This document shows positions 36,601 through 43,433 of a DNA stretch of 43,433 bases, in pieces. Within the stretch, counting starts at the first letter, position 1. Each line of letters starts with the position of its first letter. The position numbers and the translations under genes are program-made. Origin of the DNA: Octopus bimaculoides (taxonomy: Eukaryota). Under the pieces are notes generated by a model. That model was not told the origin of the DNA. It saw only the letters and a list, made by a program, of their open reading frames with translations, and made no database searches. The stretch covers positions 104,760 to 148,192 of the forward strand of contig NC_069003.1 of the NCBI RefSeq assembly GCF_001194135.2, read 5' to 3'.

Positions 36601-39600
36601 TTTGATTGAGGACTGAAAGAGCTATGAGATATTTCATTTCATTTTATTGAGTCCATCACTTGTCAGATATTACTTTGTAGCAGTGTATCAGGCTGACATG
36701 CACCAGAGAACAACCAAAATATTTTATAATCCAAAAGGACCAGCAATTCTGCTAGATATATATTCCATTGGAATAGAAGAGAAATTTATTATTAGAAGCA
36801 GCATAAAATACCATCTTACCACTTTAAGAGGCCCATGAACTGTGATCTTAGGTACATTAATTGCTTCAAGAGTCAGGGCCAAACCTAAAAATACAAGTAA
36901 ACAAATTTTCTGAAGTGTTCCTTACTGTCCACGGATATATTTAGACGAGTGTTTTTTTCTTGGTTGTTTTAGTCACAAATCATCAACCATTGTCGCCTTC
37001 AGCCTTCTTCAGGGATCTGTCATATTTGATAAAGTTCTCATCCCATTCATTACACATGCCAGGGATATTTCGTATTATGATGTTGGTTACATGTTCACAC
37101 TGCATAAAGCAAAGTGTTTGAAATTCTAAGAACATTACCAAATACAACAGACACCTGAAGAAAACCAGAGAATACAACAGTCAAAATGCTGTAACTATAA
37201 AAACTAAGATGGTGATATTAACATGAATAAATCAGCGCATAATATTGATAACTCATTTCAGAAATTTAGCGAAAAATTAAAATGCTCACATTTTAAATTA
37301 AAATCTTAATCAAAAGCTAACTGAACAATGAATTCCAGTTAGAATTCTGGGATTCCAGTTGGTCAAACCAGCACTACCACATCTTCATGATTCAGTTCTA
37401 TATCTAAGAGATGAGGAATTATGTACATTATTTAAAATTGATGGATATTTGTCCTCATCTTGTTTGGTGTTAACACAACGTTTTGGCTGATATACTGTTC
37501 AGCCTTCATCAAGACACCTGATGAAGGCTGGAAAGTATATCAGCTGAAACGTGTTAACAACAAACAAGATGAGGACAAATATCCATCAATTGTAAATAAT
37601 GATTGTCATTGCTTTTGATGCCTGCTTTTCCATGCTAAGTCAAATGTATTTTTCTTGAGGTAACATTTTACAGCTGGATGTCCTAGATACCAACCCTTTT
37701 AGTTGCTTCATAAAACACTCAGGAATACAGGGTACTTCTGTGTCAGGTGGCTTGATCCAGATGTTGGTGTCAACCAAATGGATCTCCTAGGTGAGACTCT
37801 TGGCATAACCCAAATGGATCTTTCAGTCGAGGACTAGGCATGGGGAAGAGAGCTACTCCAATTCAAACATTTGATGTGGATTGGATGGTGAAGAAAACAT
37901 ATGCAGAAAAAGAATTCTAGAGAGTCGTAATTCTAGAATAGACAGATTGAACAATGTATCCAAAATATATGAAATACAGTTTTTTTTTTAAAGAAAAAAT
38001 AACATGAATTCAGAATACATAAATCTAAAAAATGGTTCCACATACCAAGAAGACCTCCAATATTGTTCCAGCTATTATGCGTGATGAAAACATTCTCTAA
38101 CCGTGATAATTTAAATCTTTCAAAAAGAAGAAGAAAAAAAAAATGAAACATTAGAAAGCAAAACAGCAAAAGAAAGACATAATATTTTGGCCACTAATAA
38201 ATTCAATTTCAAAAACAACATTGAAAATTCTCATCATCCATCCGAATTCCACCAGTTTCATCTGAAAGTAGTTTACATCTTCGTAGAAATGCTTATGGCA
38301 TTACTTCTAATGTTTCCAGTAGTCTCAATTTTATCCTGTTGTATCTTTGGGATACATTTCCACTGCATGGCTTCTTGGGCAAATATCATTTGCTTCCAGT
38401 CAACCCATACCCTGTGTGTGAAATTGGAGAGATAGAAACTGTAGAGAATCCTGCTAGGCAGATTGTATCCATAATTCAAAAGGTACAGCTTTGCCACACA
38501 CTGTCTAATACTGATTATGACTGAGAATTATATTCATATGTCTGTGGAATACTCAGCTACTTACTGATTAAGGCACAGTTCCTTAAATGAGTAAACTCTC
38601 ATCTTAAATGATGGAGATTCACCACAAACCATACTTGAGGAAACACTTTTTGTCCTTTTTGCTCCCTACAAATGTTTTATGGCACACCTAAAATATCACA
38701 AAGCCTCAAACAAAGTGAGGAGGGACAGTTAAAGTACATCAACCAGTAACTGGATGGTACTTTATTTTATCAAATTCATAAGGATGAAAAGAGAAGTCGA
38801 CCTTCATGCGATTTAAATTTAAAAAAAAAAAAAATACACTTACTTATGTTCTGATGCAATCCTCTGAGTTCCTTCTCCACAATTAAATAAATATCTACAA
38901 TCAAAAGATAAAAGTAAAATAAAAATACAGTAAAAGACTCATCACAAAGCAGATTCAATGGTCAAGTAAATAAACTACTTTTCTAAATTTTCTAAACCAT
39001 GAGCTTCAATATTTGTAGATGAGCAGAACAATATGTAGAAAATTAGAGTTTAGCCTCTCAAATGATTATTTAAAAAATGAATAAATTGCTTAAATACTTC
39101 AATAAATCTTCAATACAATCAAGATTTTGCAAGAGTTTAGTGAGATATCTAACTTTTTACATATCACTGAATGTCATCAGTTTATAGCTTGATCAGTAAT
39201 GTTCTACTTGGCTGAAGAGAAATTTTGAAAGAATATATGATACCCGAGATGATAAACAATTCAGTCATATATTTCCAGATTTCTGTGGCGCAACGTAACG
39301 AGAGACAAAAAAAAAATTGCATCTTTCCTCGTCATTAAAACTTCTAAATTACCTAAATGTGTTTCTTTCTTGTTGTTATAAATCTGGTTTTAAAACGAAG
39401 TGGTAAGTATCGCAGTATCATTACAACTTAAAATGAGTGTTTTTAAACGAAAGTAAAGATTACGTACACCTGGTGGTTAGGGTTAGGTTTAGGGGGTTTG
39501 TTACGCCGAATACGGGTGGTGTACGTATTCTTTACCTCCACCAGGTTTTATAAAGTTGTTTCTACGCTTTCGTTTACCTTATTCTACTTTAAGATTAATG

Positions 39601-40390
39601 GGGGTTTTTGTCACTGCCGTTTCTAATGAAATATTTATAAGTTTACGAAATGTTTGTGTTCTATAAAACTTATTTGGTTTTCGTCACGGTATTTCAAGTA
39701 TTTCCGTGCTTCTCTACATTTACCATTATCTAAAACGCAATCTTCGAAACTAATCGCTGACTAAAGGCAGTATTTAATTAAATTCTTTCTGTTAAATGTG
39801 AACCTTTACATTACGACTAAGTCTGGCCTTCCCACATACATATAGGAGATATGGAGTTCAACTGAAGTGGATAGAAAGACACCAAAATATATTTCGTGCG
39901 TATAGAGAAAAAAAACCAAACAACTCTACCACCAAAGACTGTTTCTGATCTTTCTGCACATTTGCATGTGTCAAACTACAGTCCAATGTGTCCCTACCGT
40001 TTTAAAAGAGTAAGGTGTGATAGGAAGTAGATTTGGCTGTTATTTCTAAAAGGTTGAGACTCCAAGGTTGTTTTTTTGCAAGCAATTAGTTATAATTCCC
40101 TTTACTTACCGCACATGATCAGTTGACAGTATCACAGACCGGGGTGTGCCATAACCACCGCTACCGATGACTTCTAACTCTATTTTGCCAGGAATTGGTA
40201 ATTTACCTCCGATCTGTTCCCTGTAACGCACATGTCGAAGTTTCTCTTTCGTTGGCTGTGCTTTTGGCATCTCCTGAAGGAGTCGTTTTACTCTGTTTGC
40301 GCGAGAATGGTAGGCTGTTAACACGAAAGGCGAAGCAAACAAGTTTGTAGGCTTGGCAATTTTCCAAACTGGGAATATCAATATATTCAT
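19892..40390 (-). CDS. ELAC2: Zinc phosphodiesterase ELAC protein 2 (RNase Z long form, tRNA 3' endonuclease); complete, 21 exons, 2436 nt CDS, 811 aa
   Basis: Exons on the minus strand, all GT-AG and phase-compatible: 40390-40110, 38894-38844, 38116-38046, 36884-36820, 35847-35793, 35391-35251, 33542-33478, 32860-32802, 31586-31526, 31382-31331, 30524-30359, 29784-29542, 28952-28834, 28070-27968, 26466-26325, 25621-25473, 24699-24609, 23942-23822, 22983-22905, 21612-21468, 20068-19892 (TGA). Motifs: [42 protein letters not shown] (HxHxDH), [34 protein letters not shown]. Confidence 0.97.
20245..20870 (-). mobile_element. RTE-clade LINE fragment (APE endonuclease domain), degenerate
   Basis: [21 protein letters not shown]...VCCIQ...SVGIFLAEK...SDRVIKLRL...[10 protein letters not shown]...KDHFYDIL, followed by [11 protein letters not shown]...VHGGHGIG in a shifted frame. 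These are typical RTE endonuclease motifs. Lies in the last ELAC2 intron. Confidence 0.88.
23100..23245 (+). mobile_element. SINE family C (tRNA-like head) copy; related copies ~18695-18790 (-), 21230-21390 (-), 23640-23790 (-), 25195-25330 (-), 28995-29135 (+)
   Basis: ggttaagaagtttgct..ggttcaatccca.tgc..gggcaa.tgtcttct..gtgagtggatttggtagatggaaactg motif with B-box-like GGTTCAAT, recurring on both strands. Confidence 0.75.
27649..27767. repeat. (CA)n(TA)n(GA)n compound microsatellite
   Basis: Directly visible. Confidence 0.95.
30670..30865 (+). mobile_element. SINE family D copy; related copies ~32075-32285, 32315-32470 (+), 35565-35680, 38715-38815 (-)
   Basis: ggcagaat.gttagc..aaatgcttagc..ttcaaattcc..ctttgcctttcatcc..ggggtcgataa..gtaccag..ctggggtcaatgtaatcgact recurs at the listed loci. 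Confidence 0.75.
33568..33602. repeat. (GA)n microsatellite
   Basis: Directly visible, just upstream of an ELAC2 acceptor (CT-rich on the sense strand). Confidence 0.93.
34135..34640 (+). mobile_element. Probable interspersed repeat (~500 bp, unclassified)
   Basis: GC-richer block (gcagtggctctcatggcttctgatc...gatgggctacagcaaatattctgctcaataccacagatttg...) that I recognise as a common octopus repeat. Only one copy is in this window, so this rests on recall. Confidence 0.5.
37426..37601. repeat. ~176 bp imperfect palindrome (Penelope-like element relic) with hammerhead-ribozyme-like core
   Basis: 37437-37466 is the exact reverse complement of 37561-37590 (30/30). The arms continue inward to a 7-nt loop (agacacc). 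CTGATGA lies at 37518-37524 and GAAA at 37546-37549, flanking the stem GGCTG/CAGCT. Confidence 0.85.
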
Positions 40391-40700
40391 TTGTAAGTTA
40401 TAACTTCCAAAAGAAGACTCGTATCAATAACAACAGAAAAACATCGTGGGTCGACATTGAGTCAAGGAACGTAACTCTCGTTGACTTTACCAGAAAGGAT
40501 TCATTTTTGTTGCTTTCGTATATACTTGCACATCGGAGCACATTTTACACAAACTATTATCGTTGGTAGTTATTCGAATTCTATATAAAACCAGATGACT
40601 ATACATAACGACTGCACGACCGCGAGAAAAAAATAGGCGTTGACCATAAAATGATGTTATATAAAATACTTTCTATGATCTGGAACTTTTTTCTAACGGT
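40391..40700 (-). promoter_or_regulatory. Putative ELAC2 5' UTR/promoter
   Basis: CpG-enriched, repeat-free stretch immediately upstream of the ELAC2 ATG. Positional inference only. Confidence 0.45.
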
Positions 40701-41599
40701 GTCAATTTTGAGTCAACACCTTCTTCTTAAGTTCATCCCTCAACCTTGTTCTGTATTCTTTGTTTCTTTTCAAAATGTTTTCATTATTAAACCGAACTTT
40801 TCTAATTGTAATGATATTTAAATAAATACTTTTATAATTCTTTTTCTATTGTATTCTCCATTTCGTCCATTTTTCTAACTTATGTCAGTAAAATTTTGCA
40901 ATGAATTCTTCTACAATTTCGGTTTCTGAAAGAATACTATGGTCAATTCCTTAAAATTTCTTTCGCGCCACTTAACTCAATTACATCGAAATGTTTATTT
41001 TACATTCGCTTCTTTAAAGTTTCCGTTTCTTTACAAGCAACCATTTAATAATTCGTGGATCTAAGAGAAAACGAAGATAGTTAACCACTCCTTCGGGAAT
41101 GATACCTAACCCTAACCCAGACTTAATTCCTATATTATGGCAGAAGGCAAAGTAAATGATTATGATTTGATGGAGGGAGAGGGGACAAAATAAGTAATTT
41201 TTGATTTCACTTTATTTTCTCCCTATATGTTTGAAATCACTACATTGCAAGTATTGCATCATATTGAATCATATTCGCAAGTATTGCATCATTTTGTTCT
41301 GTTGAATCATATTTGGAAGTAAAAGTTGGTCAGCATAGTTTTCCTTGTTGAAGTGGAGAGAGTTTGAAACCTAGGTGACTGACTATTTCAAACTCTCTAT
41401 GTTTCAGTTTTTCAAGATATTTACCTCAATTTTGACCCTATTGTAATTGAGGTTGTTAATAAAATGCTTGGATAAATGTTGGTATTTGACAATCAAAATT
41501 CTTTTTTTCGGTTGGATTCCAAGTTAATTTCTCCCCATACTAATGTAAAAATTTGATCATTTTTCAGTTTTCTCTGAAGACAGCCAGACGAATATACTT

Positions 41600-42340
41600 C
41601 AAATATGACCTAAATGTGTACTGCTCAGTATAACAAAAACTAAAATTCCTGCATGGGTATGTTTCTCAAAGACTTGATGACACATGAAAATGAAGTGCAT
41701 CCTCTCTTGAGATCATGACTGCTACATCACACTTCAAAATTCCTAATAAAGAAAAGACATTGAGACCTCTGGTGCCCCAAGATGCAATTGAAAATGCTGA
41801 TTATGTCACATTCCTCTGGAAGACATTACATATGATTAGCAGCTGCCCAAAAATGAAATCTCTTCATGCAATACAATGCTGTCACTGAAGCAATATACAA
41901 TGCCAACTGAAAACAACAACAAATACTACCCTGAGATAGATACAAAAAATACCCCTGTTATTGAATACATACATAAGCATCTACACAAGCAATATTGGTG
42001 GAATATGCCCATCAAAACTTCTTCCAAGTACAAACATTACAGGCTGAATATCATTGTTTGGGACAGAGAAGAAAACGTATGTACTGTCATTGAGGTCAGC
42101 TGCCCTCCTGATGTGAATATCTCTTTGAAAATCAAACGGAAAGAGGATATCTATAGACAAATGCTTTGAAACCTCAAGCTTCCCTACCCAGATTATAATC
42201 CAATTTATTCTGATAATAATTGGCACACTTGGTTTTGTGAGTAAATACCTCAGTGGCAATCTGGATAAGCTAGGGGTTTCAGAAAAAAACAGAAGTTAAC
42301 CAGTCATCTTGCATATTACGAACACAGCCTGTAAATGGAG
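41600..42340 (+). mobile_element. Degenerate non-LTR retrotransposon 3' region with restriction-like endonuclease (R4/Dong/NeSL-type)
   Basis: A zinc-knuckle remnant (KC*LCHIPLEDITY..SCPKM across frames) is followed by WWNMPIKTSSKYKHYRLNIIVWDREENVCTVIEVSCPPDVNISLKIKRKEDIY...IIIGTLGFVSKYL. This resembles the NRPDIV..IE.SCP.D.N...K..KY RLE motif, with PD mutated and with stops/frameshifts. Confidence 0.75.
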
Positions 42341-43049
42341 ATATAAAAAGATCAACTTATGAATTTGTTTTTATTATCTACATTTCAACGATAAAGTTTT
42401 TGTATTTTTGATAGTAAACAACTTCCTCACAGAACAGAACATGCATGTATGTATGCACACATACAAAGGTTTTATTTTAGGCTGAGACGGTCTCCGTGCA
42501 GTTAGAGGGTCATCAGGCAACTATGTTATTACATATTCTTCCAAGAGTTAACACTAAACTTCTAGCTTTTACTTGTTTCAATCATGTTGGATTGTGGCCA
42601 TATTGTGGCATCGCACTGACGGGTTTTAGTTGGACAAATCAACTCCAGTATTTTGTTTTTAAACCTGGTACTTCCTCTATTGGTCTCTTTTAGTTGAACC
42701 ACTAAGTTATGGTAACAAGTGAACCAACACTGGTGGTCAATTTAACCATAGAATGGTGGTGGTGCTCCAGCATAGTCACAGTGTTTGGGTTGAAACATAG
42801 AAGAAATATGGATATGTTGACCTCATGAAGGAAACACTGGTTCGATGTCTAGTATTTTGTGGGAATGAATTTCTTTAACATAATAGGTATACATAAAGCA
42901 TAAGAGTTTATAACCATTTAAAAGAAAACAAAATGGAGATTAGGAAATTAGCAATTGTTTATTTTTAACAACAAACAGGTCATCTTCTCCTCTTACAGCC
43001 ATTTCAATACTCAATAATTTAATTACAAATTTGTACTTTAAATTTACAT

Positions 43050-43433
43050 GACTGGTGTAGCAGCATCATAGTCAACTGCTACAAAGGTAAAGGTGACGCT
43101 TTAGATACAAATAATTACAGAGGCATCAAGCTGTTAGATCAGGTTATGAAAGTTACAGAGAGGGTCATAGCCCAACTAATTAGGGAGCGAATCAATTTAG
43201 ATGAGATGCAGTTTGGGTTCGTACCAGGTAAAAGCACTACTGATGCTTTATTTCTAGTAAGACAGCTGCAGGAGAAATACCTAGCCAAGGATAAACCTCT
43301 GTACCTGGCTTTCATTGACATGGAGAAATCCTTTGACAGGGTCCCTCGATCCCTTATCTGGTGGTCAATGAGGAAACTTGGGATAGAAGAATGGTTAGTG
43401 AGAGCTGTGCGAGCCATGTACAGAGATGCTGCC
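43050..43433 (+). mobile_element. RTE-clade LINE reverse transcriptase, 5'-truncated, open frame to window end
   Basis: Uninterrupted 128 codons: [128 protein letters not shown]. Confidence 0.93.

Overview
AT-rich, microsatellite- and SINE-dense eukaryotic genomic DNA from a draft assembly, with N gaps at 973-1712, 12223-12232 and ~23473-23609. The interspersed repeats resemble those I associate with Octopus genomes (inference, not a database result). There are three protein-coding genes. INTS9 (minus strand, 12 exons traced by hand, 15841->3207) has its C-terminal ~45% missing from the readable sequence. RSAD1/HemW (plus strand, 16835-18142) has an intronless CDS and lies head-to-head with INTS9. 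ELAC2/RNase Z (minus strand, complete, 21 exons, 40390->19892, 811 aa) lies tail-to-tail with RSAD1. Introns and flanks carry at least four SINE families, three RTE-clade LINE fragments, one R4/Dong-like RLE retrotransposon relic and many microsatellites. The most notable unexplained structures are: (i) a decayed, internally deleted second copy of the RSAD1 3' end hidden in INTS9 intron 1; (ii) a ~176 bp palindrome in ELAC2 intron 3 carrying a Penelope-type hammerhead ribozyme core; (iii) a foldback-like inverted-repeat relic; and (iv) an inverted repeat enclosing telomere-like hexamers. I did not find convincing evidence of a wholly new multi-gene system. The candidates below are hypotheses with stated tests.
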